From: Octopus sinensis
Taxonomy: Eukaryota
Length of the DNA stretch: 64,000 nucleotides
Assembly (NCBI RefSeq): GCF_006345805.1
Contig: NC_043018.1
Location: 8,928,001 to 8,992,000 of the forward strand
Reading direction: 5' to 3'
The translations under genes were made by a program, and so were the position numbers. The stretch's first letter is position 1, and every line of letters begins with the position of its first letter. The notes below the pieces were generated by a model. It did no database searches, had not been told where the DNA came from, and saw nothing but the letters and a program-made list of their open reading frames with translations. Shown here piece after piece: positions 24,244 through 36,081 of the stretch.

Positions 24244-25612
24244 TGGGCAAAGTTTAGGGAGCTCTTACCTCTGTTGGTGACTAAAGGCCTCTCGCTCAGA
24301 GTAAAAGGCAGACTGTATGATGCATGTGTACGAACAGCCATGCTACATGGCAGTGAAACATGGGCCGTGACTGCTGAGGACATGCGTAAGCTCGCGAGAA
24401 ATGAAGCTAGTATGCTCCGTTGGATGTGTAATGTCAGTGTTCATAGTCGACAGAGTGTAAGTACCTTGAGAGAAAAGTTGGACCTAAGAGGAATCAGATG
24501 TTGTGTGCAAGAGAGACGATTGCGCTGGTATGGTCATGTGGTGAGAATGGATGAAGATAGGTGTGTGAAAAAGTGCCACACCCTGGCAGTTGAGGGGACC
24601 TGTGGAAGAGGTAGACCCAGGAAAACCTGGGTCGAGGTGGTGAAGCACGACCTTCGAACTCTAGGTCTCACCAAGGAAATGACCAGAGACCGAGACCTAT
24701 GGAAGTATGCTGTGCGTGAGAAGACCCGGCAAGACCAGTGAGAACAATCAAAATCAAATCATATATCAGAAAGCAGGGGTTAAGTGACCCATCCGTTCGT
24801 GTCCGCTGTCAGCCTCGTCTGGCACCCGTGCCGGTGATACGTAAAAGCACCATTCGCTCATGGCCGTTTGCCAGCTCTGCCTGGCCCCGTGTCGGTGGCA
24901 CGTAAAAGCACCATCCGTTCGTGTTCGTTGCCAGCCTCGCCTGGCCCCGTGCCGGTGACACGTAAAAGCACCGTCCGTTCGTGGCCATTTGCCAGCTCTG
25001 TCTGGCCCCGTGTCGGTGGCACGTAAAAGCACCATCCGTTCGTAGCCGTTTGCCAGCTCTGTCTGGCCCAGTGTCGGTGGCACGTAAAAGCACCATCCGT
25101 CCATGTCCGTTGCCAGCCTCGGCTGGCCCCCGTGCCGGTGACACGTAAAAGCACCGTCCGCTTGTGGCCGTTTGCCAGCTCTGTCTGGCAACCGTGTCGG
25201 TGGCACGTAAAAGCACCATCCGTCCGTGTCCGTTGCCAGCCTCGGCTGGCCCCGGTGCCGGTGACACGTAAAAGCACCGTCCGCTCGTGGCCGGTTGCCA
25301 GCTCTGTCTGGCCCCGTGTCGGTGGCACGTAAAAGCACCATCCGTTCGTGTCCGTTGCCAGCATCGCCTGGCCCCGTGCCGGTGACACCCGTTCGTGGCC
25401 GTTCGCCAGCTCTGTCTGGCACCTGTGCAGGTGGCACGTAAAAAACACCCACTACACTCGCGGAGTGGTTGGCGTTAGGAAGGGCATCCAGCCGTAGAAA
25501 CACTGCCAGATCTGACTGGGCCTGACGAAGCCTTCCAGCTTCACAGACCCCAGTTGACCCATCCAACCCATGCTAGCATGGAAAGCGGACGCTAAACGAT
25601 GATGATGATGAT
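24244..25612 (+). mobile_element. 5'-truncated RTE-clade LINE: intact ORF C-terminus (24244-24741) plus 3'UTR with expanded ~61-bp units and (GAT)n tail
   Basis: [11 protein letters not shown]...[21 protein letters not shown]...EASMLRWMC...[12 protein letters not shown]...GRGRPRKTW, typical of the RTE C-terminus; contiguous with the family B sequence. Confidence 0.93.
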
Positions 25613-25617
25613 ATCCC

Positions 25618-25940
25618 CATCATCGTTTAAAGTCCGTTTTCTGTGCTAGCATGGGTTCGACAGTTTGGCTGGGGTCTGGGAAGCCAGGAGGCTGCACCAG
25701 GCTCCAGTCTGATCTGACAGTGTTTCTACAGCTGGATGCCCTTCCTAATGCCAACCACTCCGTGAGTGTAGTGCCACCAGCACAAGTGCCAGGGGAGGCT
25801 GGCAGCGGCCATGATCGGTTGGTGTTTTTACGTGCCACCGGCACTGAAGCCAGGCTAGGCGGAGCTAGCATCGACCACGTTCGGATGGTGCTTTTTATAT
25901 GCCACCGGCACAGGTATCACAACTACAATTTCCATTTGAT
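25618..25940 (-). mobile_element. Family B repeat, tail-to-tail with the RTE copy
   Basis: CATCATCGTTTAAAGTCCG begins ~5 bp after the GATGATGAT tail. Confidence 0.88.
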
Positions 25941-25964
25941 ATTTATTTTGATGTTGATGTACCA

Positions 25965-26230
25965 GGATGGCAACAAAGTGCAGAGACGACTGGCTGGCTG
26001 GATCCTAAGAACATTCAGAACCAGAGATAAGGAAATCATGATGGTCCTCTGACAGACATTCGTCCTCAGCTGCCTGGATTACTGCTCACAGCTATGGTCA
26101 CCCACCAGTGTGAAATTAACAGCGGACCTTGAAGCAATCCAGAGAAAATTCACAAAGAAGATTGTCTCTTTGCAACAGCTCAGCTACTGGGAAAGGTTGA
26201 AACAGCTAAAACTCTACTCCCTGGAAAGAA
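25965..26230 (+). mobile_element. Second CR1-like LINE subfamily fragment
   Basis: GWILRTFRTRDKEIMMVL*QTFVL..LDYCSQLWSP....LEAIQRKFTKKI..LQQLSYWERLKQLKLYSLER. Confidence 0.8.
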
Positions 26231-26912
26231 TATCTCTGAGCTTAACTTTGCCTTATGTTGTTTCAGGATCAATACAGTGACCGTCTACTATCCTAGTCAA
26301 TTGATATCTACTGACCCCCTCTCCTCAAAATCACTGCCCTTGCACCTAAATTAGAAAATGTTATGGACCTCATGAAAACACAGTTTGGTAGAGGTGGCCA
26401 TGTTTCACTTTCTATAAGTTTTTCAAAGAAATGGCGAGGAAAGGCCAATGAAATTTTATTGCAAAATATAGGACAGGATGTATGAATAAATAGGGTTTTT
26501 TTCTAAATGCAGAGATTTCCTCTTCAGTTGAAACAAATAGTGAGAAGGATGAGGAATTGTGGTGCCCCTGCAGCAGCAATTCTAGGAAGAACACTGGTTG
26601 GTTTTGGAGGGAAAGGGAGAAGGAAAAAAAGAAAAAATGGATTTGTAATTAAATACTGAGTGAGAAAGTGGTAAAAACAAGAAAATTGTGTTGTAAAGGG
26701 ATTTGCTAATGGAAAAGTACAAAATGAGGAAGTAAGTTTTGGTGAATGGAGGATCATAATTCTAAGTAGGAGTGTAAAACCACAAAAAAAAACAAAAACA
26801 AAAAACAATTGTAATGTGTGTGTGTGGGGGTATGTGTGTGTGCATGGGGGTGTGTATGTGTATGTATGTTTATATACATTTGTTCATGTGTGTTTGAGTG
26901 TAAGTATGTGTG

Positions 26913-27180
26913 TCATCATCATCATTATCATCATCATCGTTTAACGTCCGTTCTCCATGCTAGCATGGGTTGGACGGTTCAACTGGGGTCTGTGAAGCCA
27001 GAAGGCTGCACCAGGCTCCAGTCTGATCTGGCAGTGTTTCTACGGCTGGATGCCCTTTCTAACGCCAACCACTCCGTGAGTATAGTGGGTGCTTTTTATG
27101 TGCCACCAGCACAGGTGCCAGACAAGGCTGGCAAACGGCCACGATCGGATGGTGCTTTTTACGTGCCACCGGCATGGTGT
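26913..27180 (-). mobile_element. Family B repeat
   Basis: (CAT)n-CGTTTAACGTCCGTTCTCCATGCTAGC. Confidence 0.88.
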
Positions 27181-27964
27181 GTGTGCGTGATAAATGGTGA
27201 CAGTAACACTACAGTGAGATTGTGGAATTCTAGAAATGTCGATAATGGGTTTGGGGAATTTATTTGCCAAACAAGCTGCAAGGAATTCCTGTGAGAATAT
27301 GAAGAATGTCTGATAACACAAGACTTTCACTTCTTGGTGTGGATGCCTTCCTGTCACCGAACCTCATACCAAATAAGGTAATATTTCTCCATGGCCAGAT
27401 ATGTTTACCCGGAAGACTGGAAATTAAGGACACCACTTATATGACAGTGACACTCATTTACAACTATCACATGATGTCAAGATGATACACAAACATATAC
27501 ATACATACTTACTCATAAACACACACACACACACATGTATATAAATATACAATGGGCTTCTTTCAGTTTTTGTCCACCAAATGCTCTCACAAGGTTTTGG
27601 TTAGACTTGTGCCTTGAGGCTAAACTTTCTGGGTGCAATCCCATGGTCATTCATGATGAAAGGGGGCCTTTACCAACCTGCCTCAGACCATTCTTGGTTC
27701 TATGATACAAACTTCCTCTTTCAAAGTGATCCAAATTTAAGCCTCCCATCAAAATTTCATGTCAATTTATGTTCCAAACATCAGATTAAAAATGACAAAG
27801 TTATTTTTACCAATTCTTCATTATTTTGAAACTTAAAACAAAGGCAGTGTATTTTCACAGAATTATGGTAAAGAAAGGGTCAAAGCATTGATAATGTTGG
27901 TGTTTGGTGGTGATGATGATGACGCAAGTGTTTATGGAATAAAACTCAATTATGTCAAACATTC

Positions 27965-28160
27965 ACAAGGTCCGTCGCAGGTGAGCTGCAAGATGCAGGA
28001 GGAAAGAGTGAGAGAAAGTTGTGGCAAAAGAGTCAGCAGAGGTTCGCCATTACCTTCTGCCTGAGCTGCGTGGAGCTTAGGTGTTTTGCTCATAAACACA
28101 CACATCGCCCGGTCTGAGATTCGAACCCACGATCCCTCGACCGCAGGTCCGCTGCTCTAA
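27965..28160 (-). mobile_element. tRNA-headed SINE family D
   Basis: Minus strand GGAGGCACATGGCCTAGTGGTTAGAGC...GGTTCGAATCTC (A/B boxes), then GAGCAAAACACCTAAGCTCC. Confidence 0.8.
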
Positions 28161-28424
28161 CCACTAGGCCATGTGCCTCCACATCATTATTATTATTATC
28201 ATTATTAAATAATAAGAAGAACAGAATGCGATTGTAAGCGATTGTTTATTGTCAAAGTGAGAATGCAGGATTTCGCTTCTTCAGTTTCCATTTTGAACCT
28301 GAAAAAGACGGACGGGCTGACGATGTATTGTTCAAACCAATAAGCAATCTGTTACAATCACGTTGCACACTTCTTTCTGTCTCTTTACCTTCACGAAGAG
28401 TTATGTCAATCTTTTTTCTTTTTT

Positions 28425-28625
28425 TTTACTTGTTTCAGTCATTTGACTGTGGCCATGCTGGAGCACCGCCTTTAGTTGAGCAAATCGACCCCAGGACTTA
28501 TTCTTTGGAAGCCTAGTACTTATTCTATCGGTCTCTTTTGCCGAACCGCTAAGTTACTGGGACGTAAACACGCCAGCATTGGCTGTCAAGCGATGTTGGG
28601 GGGACAAACGCAGACAAACAAACAT

Positions 28626-28678
<53 letters not shown>

Positions 28679-28805
28679 TATATATGATGGGCGTCTTTCG
28701 GTTTCTGTCCACTCACAAGGCTTTAGTCGGCCCAAGGCTATAGTAGAAGACACTTGCCCAAGGTGCCACGTAGTGGGTCTGAACCCGGAACCATGTGGTT
28801 GGTAA
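28425..28805 (-). mobile_element. tRNA-headed SINE family C with internal (CA)/(TA) tract
   Basis: Minus strand CCACATGGTTCCGGGTTCAG...CACCTTGGGCAAGTGTCTTCTACTATAGCC; matches 35512-35915 and 50207-50635. Confidence 0.88.
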
Positions 28806-28966
28806 CCACCTTTATAAAATATTATCATTATTATTATTATTCATCCTTTCGGGGTTGATAAATTAAGTACCAGTGAAACATTGGGCCCAATGTAATTGAT
28901 TAGTCCCCTGCCCCAAAATTTCAGTCCTTGAGCCTATAATAGAAAGGATCATCATCATCATCGTCT

Positions 28967-29002
<36 letters not shown>

Positions 29003-29049
29003 CCTGTAATGTGGCTAGTCTGAAAGAGAAAGGTGATTCTCTGTTGCAG

Positions 29050-29162
29050 ATGATTACATTGTGGTACAACCAGAGAATTCTGAAACTCTGAGACGTATTG
29101 GTGCCAGAGGCTGCCCCTGTTTGCTGTTTATCTCCCCATATGGAGTGACTTTGGCTCTTCAG
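29050..29162 (+). CDS. Docking protein exon 3: N-terminal part of IRS-type PTB domain
   Basis: Acceptor attctctgttgcag|, donor cag|gtaagc; 113 nt, phase 1 to 0. Translates (D)DYIVVQPENSETLRRIGARGCPCLLFISPYGVTLALQ. Too short for the ORF track. Confidence 0.85.
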
Positions 29163-29484
29163 GTAAGCATCATTTTTCCTTGTCATTGATGGTGAGATTA
29201 TGAAGTATTTGGAAAACGATGCATGTGTGTGTGTTAATTAGGTAACTGATCAAGAAGAAAGATCTTGAGTTCTGCAAGAAAATTGGATTTTAATTTTATC
29301 ATCTTTAGTATTCCTCTGTTCATTTACTGTTTTTACTAATGTCTGAGTGACATCCCTATTTTAGTGTTTTTGCAGTTGGAATCAAATATAAAACTGTGTG
29401 ATTTATACATGAATAAATTGAGTATTTATTTATTTCTTCATTTCTTTTTTTGTTTAATTATTTTATCATTATCTTTTTTACCAG

Positions 29485-29688
29485 GGATCACTCCGAGTTC
29501 TAGCACAATGGCCTTTGAAGAGCATTCGCTGCTATGAAAGTTCCTGCCAAGGACAATTCTCCTTAGAAGCTGGTCGTGTTGCTCCAATGGGGGATGGTTT
29601 ATATATTTTTAACACACAACCAGGCGATGATGACCGTCTCTATGACTTGTTAGATAAACATGTGGTCAATGCTTTACAAAAAATTCGG
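29485..29688 (+). CDS. Docking protein exon 4: core of IRS-type PTB domain
   Basis: Acceptor tcttttttaccag|, donor cgg|gtaaga; 204 nt, phase 0-0. GSLRVLAQWPLKSIRCYESSCQGQFSLEAGRVAPMGDGLYIFNT matches the DOK/FRS2 pattern WP...IR.Y.....FS.EAGR....G.G.F.F.T. Confidence 0.92.
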
Positions 29689-29979
29689 GTAAGATTCGTT
29701 TTGATGTTGATGTTGTGGTTGTGGTTTTGATAATTAAAAATGAAAGACCTTTTACTTTGTCAAGGAAATGTTTGGAATTTCTTATCATTCAAGGTGTAAA
29801 AAAAATAGTAATTGTTTTTATAAACAATCAAGCATGTGCATTTTCTGTGATGATTCGATAAGCAGTGCCAATTTTACAGTTCTGTGAATGATAATAATAT
29901 TTTATAAGCTTATCATCTGATTCGAAGTCAGACGCCTTATCCATTAGGCCAAAAAAAAAAATAATAAAGAACTTTGAGT

Positions 29980-30272
29980 CAGGTCGTTGCCAGTGCCGCT
30001 GGACTGACTCCTGTGCAGGTGGCATATAAAAAACACCATTTGAGCATGGCCGTTGCGGGTACTGCCTGACTGGCCCTTGTGCCGGTGGCATGTAAAACCA
30101 CCCACTACATTCTCAGAGTGGTTGGCGTTAGGAAGGACATCCAGCTGTAGAAACTCTGCCAGATCAAGATTGGAGCATGATGCAGCCATCTGGTTCACCA
30201 GTCCTCAGACATATCGTCCAACCCATGCTAGCATGGAAAGTGGATGTTAAACGATGGTGAGGATGATGATGA
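29980..30272 (+). mobile_element. Family B repeat
   Basis: GGCATATAAAAAACACC, GAGTGGTTGGCGTTAGGAAGG, CCAACCCATGCTAGCATGG, GAT tail. Confidence 0.85.
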
Positions 30273-30720
30273 TGAAGCTTAAACCCTGTATTGATTAAAG
30301 AAGATAGTCTAATATTATAATATTGGGGCCCCAATATTAGACTTTTTTTTTTTTTAGTCAAAACAGGGTGATTGCTAATGGCTTTAAGCTTATAAAATAC
30401 TATTATATACAGAACTAGTAATTGGTTAGACTGATTTTAGAAAAAGTTGCTTTCAGTGCCTCTAGTCCATTAAGGTGTTAATTGGTGCCATAGGTTAATG
30501 AAGTTGTTCTCTGCCATAAAGAGTAGAACGAGGGTATTGTATAGTTATTGGGTGCTAAGTTAGTTGGTTGGGGTGGAACTCAAATTCTTAGAAACCATGC
30601 CTGGTCATAACTCATGCCCTATACATGTTTTCATGGAAATGGAGCACAATGCAGGGATTTGGATTACTGGATCCTGTCAAAGCATCCAATCCATGCCAGC
30701 AGGGATATAGACATTAAATG

Positions 30721-30951
30721 TATTTCTTTACTACCCACAAGGGGCTAAACACAGAGGGGACAATCAAGGACAGACAAACGGATTAAGTCGATTACATCGA
30801 CCCCAGTGCGTAACTGGTACTTAATTTATCAACCCCGAAAGGATGAAAGGCAAAGTCAACCTCGGCGGAATTTGAACTCACAACGTAATGGCAGACGAAA
30901 TACGGCTGTGCATTTCGCCTGGTGTGCTAACGTTTCTGCCAGCTCGCCGCC
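30721..30951 (-). mobile_element. SINE family A with 15-bp TSD, inserted in the tail of a family B relic
   Basis: TSD TATAGACATTAAATG at 30706-30720 and 30952-30966. Confidence 0.92.
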
Positions 30952-31346
30952 TATAGACATTAAATGATGATGATGATGATGATGAGTGGCAACAAGGAAC
31001 TGGATCTGTGATGATGATGCTCGTTTACAACTATCATATGATATCAATGCAAAGAGACTCACATACGCACATACCCAATGGGCTTCTTTCAGTTTCCGTG
31101 TACCAAATCCATTCATGAGGCTTTGGTCAGTCTGGGGCTAAAGTAGAAGACCCTTGCTCTAAAAACCAGGTGGTGGAACTGAACCTGAAACCATGAGGTT
31201 TGGAAGTGAAATTCTTACTCACAGCCATGCCTGTTCTATGTCTAAAATTAAGACAAGATGGTCATGGCCGGAATGCTTTTAGTGATAAGTCTGTTCAGTC
31301 AGGATTGACCTGAGTTCTAATCAATAATGATATATTTTCTGAAATA

Positions 31347-31888
31347 TTGGGTTGTCCGGAAAGAAAAAGGTCAATAAATAATAGCCATTACATTTTTAAT
31401 CAACCAAATATGAACCATTTTGTTGCACAATGCGTCTCCATCTTTCCTTTAACTTGAAAATACCCTCTTCCCAGAATTGAGGTGGTTTCATGGCAAAGAA
31501 TTCATCAAGGTGTCCTTTTATGTCATCCAAGGAATTGAAATTTTCACTATTAAGACTATTCTGCAGAGACCGGGATAAGTGGAAATCTGAAGGAGCAATA
31601 TCTGGTGAATATGGAGGGTGGGGTAACACATCCCAGCCGAGCTGCAGCAATTTTTGTCTGGTTCCCAAAGCATCAAGTGCTGAAAATAAACTTTCTTATC
31701 TTCCATTTTAAAGGGTTACAGAAGTAACACAGGTTATAGGAACATAAACCTTCTTCCACGAAAAGATAGCTTAAACTGTGCTCTAAATGGAGGTGCAGTC
31801 AAATCCTATTTTATGGACTCAACCATGTTCTAAAATAAGTCGAAAGGTAAGCTACTATAAATTGGCAAGAACTTTCCAGACAACCCAA
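31347..31888 (-). mobile_element. Internally deleted (542 bp) non-autonomous mariner with both TIRs
   Basis: TA|TTGGGTTGTCCGGAAAG ... CTTTCCAGACAACCCAA|TA; retains TRQKLLQLGWDVLPHPPYSPDIAPSDFHL...WRRIVQQNGSY. Confidence 0.9.
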
Positions 31889-32342
31889 TACTATTAGAAC
31901 ACATTGGACAATGTACTCTTAGATGCACTATGGCTGAAATAGCTTTGTAATCTTTTGGGGTTGAGCGGGATTTACCCCTTTTGTTCTGTTGATATCCTCT
32001 GCCTTTGTTTCAGTTAATTTTGGAAACAATTAAGAATTTAATGAAATAGTTTTCATTGTCAAGCTGGTGTTTGGAAATTGAATTGATAAGAAATTTTGGC
32101 AGAAGCTTTTAGTTGAAATCACTTTAAAACGGGAAGTTTGTATTTTAAAATCAGACGATCTCAAGTATGTTTGACATCAAAATGCATTTCAGCAATAACA
32201 ATCATTAGGCTTATTCATAAGTGTAACAAATTGATAATGGACAAAAAAAACTCGTCTTTCAATTCTGTATTTTATTTGTTTTCTTTGCATTTTTTTTTGT
32301 TTTTGTTTATTGTTGATAGAGTTTTCGTTTTCCGTCCCTCAG

Positions 32343-32493
32343 CCTGGTCAACAAATTTCTCACCAAATTGAAGAATATGCCTTAGAAACGAAACAACTTC
32401 AGTCTCTCACTCAATTCTCCATCTGTACACAACACCAAGAAGAAATACCTCGGATTTTGCAGGAAAACTGGAATCTTGTTTTACCATCTTTCG
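32343..32493 (+). CDS. Docking protein exon 5 (post-PTB linker)
   Basis: Acceptor tttcgttttccgtccctcag|, donor ttcg|gtaaat; 151 nt, phase 0 to 1; open PGQQISHQIEEYALETKQLQSLTQFSICTQHQEEIPRILQENWNLVLPSF. Confidence 0.75.
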
Positions 32494-33065
32494 GTAAATT
32501 TTTCTTTACTCTTTCTTCTACTAGTTTCAGGCTTTTGACTTGCTGGCCATGCTGGGGCAATGCATTTGAGTCATTCAGCCAATCATATTGATCCAAGTAT
32601 TTGGGCCTTCATTGTTTGATAATGATGACCTGTTTGATTACCTGCATCTGAATTAATCTAGAAGTGGCTGAGTATTCCACAGACATGTACCCTTAATGTA
32701 ATTTTCAGCAGAATCAGCATGGTGCAGTGTTAAAAGACTGTACCTTTTTCAATTAGGGGTATGTTCCACCTGAAAAGCTTCTATAGTTTATACTGTTTTG
32801 TTCATTGGGTAAGCATTGACCCAAGGTTATAGAAAATCACATTTACCCAAGGTGACACACTATGAGATTGAACCCGAGCCCTTGTGGTTGCTAATCAAAC
32901 TTCTTTACCATTCAACCATACTGCACCTGCTGTGTGTGTGTGTGTAACTAAGCAGGCAGCAGGAAAATTTTTCAGTATCATTTCTTCACCATTACACATG
33001 TTTCATTTGCTAATAGGAATCACAAAATTGTATATGTCGCATATTTTATTAATGCGCCCTTTTCA

Positions 33066-33350
33066 AGCCTAGCCAGGCTCATGGGCCCGGTTTCCCGGTT
33101 TCTGTGGCGTATGTGTTCCCCCCAGCTGGACGGGATGCCAGTCCATCGCAGCGTTACTCAAGAAACAGGAAGAGAGTGAGAGAAAATCATGACGAAAGAG
33201 TACAGCAGGGGTCGCCACCACCCCTGCCGGAGCCTCGTGGAGCTTTAGGTGTTTTCGCTCAATAAACACTCACAACACCTGGTCTGGGAATCGAAACCAT
33301 GATCATCCAACTGCAAGCCCGCTGCCCTAACCACTGGGCCATTGTGCCTC
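33066..33350 (-). mobile_element. tRNA-headed SINE family D
   Basis: Minus strand GGAGGCACAATGGCCCAGTGGTTAGGGCAGCGGG...GGTTTCGATTCCCAGACC; similar to 53646-53945 and 57145-57438. Confidence 0.85.
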
Positions 33351-33700
33351 CATATGTTGGATAAACATAAGAAATTTCCTATTAGAAATTCTTTAGAATT
33401 CAGAGAATCAAACACAGACACACAAACATACACAGACATATATATACATATATACGATGGGCTTCTTTCAGTTTCTGTCTGCCAAATCCAATCACAAGGC
33501 TTTGGTCGGCCTGAGGCTATAGTAGAAGACACTTGCCCAAGGTGCCATGCAGTGGGACTGAACCTGGAACCATGTGGTTGGTAAGCAAGCTACTTACCAC
33601 ACAGACACTCCTATGCCTGCTGTTCAAATTTATGTTCAATAAATAAGTTATACTTCAACAAAACAAAATATTTTAACAATTTTTTTAAATATGATTTTTT

Positions 33701-33985
33701 ATCATCATCATCGTTTAGCGTCCGCTTTCCACACTGGCATGGGTTGGACGGTGCAACTGAGGTCTGGGAAGCCAGAAGGCTGCACCAGGCCCAGTCTGAT
33801 CTGGCAATGTTTCTACGGCTGGATGCCCTTCCTAACGCCAACCACTCCATGAGTGTAGTGGGTGCTTTTTACCTGCCAGATGATGCTGGCAAACGGCCAC
33901 GATCGGATGGTGATTTTTACGTGCCACCGGCATGGAGGCCAGACAAGGCTGGCACCGGCCACGATCGGATGGTGCTTTTTACATT
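33701..33985 (-). mobile_element. Family B repeat
   Basis: (CAT)n-CGTTTAGCGTCCGCTTTCC. Confidence 0.85.
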
Positions 33986-34628
33986 TAATTGTAAAAATAT
34001 AACAGGATTTTGTAAACATCAAATGGCTATGGAAGTCCACTTGAGCAATGTAGAAATAAGGGGTCCATAGGTAAAATATGGTTGAGAACCACTGATATTG
34101 ACTGATGCAATCCACTATTCAGAAGCAAACTTTTACTTAATTTAAGATCATGAAATTCATATTCATACAAAGGTGTAGCCCTACACCTTTATCAATGATA
34201 GACCATCTATCACATATTGATAGCAATGAGAATGCTTAGAAACTTGGTGATGGCTGGATAGGGGAAGGGGCAATTAAAACATGTTGTTCCCAGAGAAGGA
34301 ATACCTCAGAACCAGTTTCTTGAAAATAGTTGCCCTCATTTAAATATTTCAAAATATTTCATCATATACTGCTACCATATTTTTACTATCAGTTTTTGTT
34401 CTTGAATCAGTTAATTTTTAATTCATTTTTCTAGGAAAACACTTGTCCCTTCATCATTTAATTTTTCAAGGAAAACACTTTCATTTTGTTGCAAACTAAA
34501 TCACTTCTCTTTCATTTTAGACAAAATAAACACTTATTTCAATGGGCTAGATGACCTTGCACACTTACCTTCCTATAAAGATTCCATTATAATTGATAAT
34601 TGATGTGTTATCTTCTAATATATATATA

Positions 34629-34990
34629 CAGGGGTTGGACAAAATTACGGAAACATGTAAAATCAAAGCATCATAATTTTGAAATATCTATAAAACCGTC
34701 AAAAGCTTGTTTATTTTTATGTTTTTTTATTTATTATTAGTGTTGCTTAATATGTTTTGCTAAAATTGCTGTTTCTTTACGGATATCATCAGAAAAAGGC
34801 AATTAAAATTCATTAAAATAACAGATCTATCAGACTTTCAAAGAGGCCAAATTGTTGGTGCTCATATGGCTGGCACCAGCATAATGAAAACAGCCGAAAT
34901 GTTTGGTATATCAAGAAGTACTGTCTCAAAAATATTGACAGCTTTTGAGAATGAGGGAAAAACCTCCTCGTCAAAACAAAACTCCAGAAG
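34629..34990 (+). mobile_element. Tc1-like element 5' relic (left TIR + HTH start)
   Basis: TA|CAGGGGTTGGACAAAA terminus; DLSDFQRGQIVGAHMAGTSIMKTAEMFGISRSTVSKI. Confidence 0.75.
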
Positions 34991-35511
34991 AAATGTAAAT
35001 AAAACACCCCCTTCCAGATTTTAAGAGAACACCCCCAGCACTCCTGTGGAGCCCTGAAGGCTGTTATGCCCCACTTTGCAAAATTTCTCTTAGAGGCCCT
35101 GTCCATTAGTCAAATGTCTGTCAGGCAAACATTCCACTTGTCATCTGTCAGCCAAACATCTGTCATTTATCTGTACATCCAGCCGTCATCTGGCTGGATA
35201 GTTAAGTAGTTTCACTTCACATCCAGATGGTTCCAGGTTCAATCACACAAAATGGTACACAGGGCAAGTGTCTTCACACACACATGTGTATATCTGGGTG
35301 TGTCCTTATCTTAAATACCCCTAGGGCTGTAGTAGCATGACCCCCACCTTCCACCAACCAAAACTTCCCATTTAGATGTTTGACATATGCAAACCACTGG
35401 AATAAATTACTATACTTAGAAACCAGTAAAGGTTGGCACCAGGAAGAGCATCCAGCTGTACATTATTATGAGATGGTCTCATCCAGAAACACATGTAGTT
35501 TATTAAAATAT

Positions 35512-35720
35512 ACTCTTTTACTCGTTTCAGTCATTTGACTGTGGCCATGCTGGAGCACCGCCTTTTAGTCGAGCAAATCGACCCCAGGACTTATTCTTTG
35601 GAAGCCTAGTACTTATTCTATTGGTCTCTTTTGCTGAACCGCTAAGTTACGGGGACGTAAACACACCAGCATCGGTTGTCAAGCGATGTTGGGAGGACAA
35701 ACGCAGACACACAAACATAC

Positions 35721-35755
<35 letters not shown>

Positions 35756-35915
35756 ACGGGCTTCTTTCAGTTTCCGTCTACCAAATCCACTCACAAGGCT
35801 TTGGTTGGCCCGAAGCTATAGTAGAAGACACTTGCCCAAGGTGCCACGCAGTGGGACTGAACCCGGGACCATGTGGTTGGTAAGCAAGCTACTTACTACA
35901 CAGCCACTTCTACGC
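35512..35915 (-). mobile_element. tRNA-headed SINE family C, near full length
   Basis: Head AGGCGTAGAAGTGGCTGTGTAGTAAG...GGGTTCAGTCCC; tail TGACTGAAACGAGTAAAAGAGTA. Confidence 0.9.
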
Positions 35916-36081
35916 CTACGTATATGTCTATAAAATAAATTTTGTGGATGTACAAGTCTCCATACTCTTCACTATTATTAGTTATTATACACACACACGC
36001 ATTCTTGTATCTGGTTCTTTAAGTATATTTCCATTATACACCAATGTATATTTCAATAAATCATATTTTGGTAAATTACAG

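Noticed and set aside
22388-24383. Long YI/YM/HT-rich ORFs (up to 274 aa); similar ones at 54517-54987 and 56643-57121
   Set aside because: Translations of (TA)n/(CA)n microsatellites, which lack stop codons in most frames.
24766-25566. 266/196/152-aa minus-strand ORFs as a protein-coding gene
   Set aside because: They arise from the tandem 61-bp UTR units; no splice structure or domain. Kept only as a side note in the module finding.
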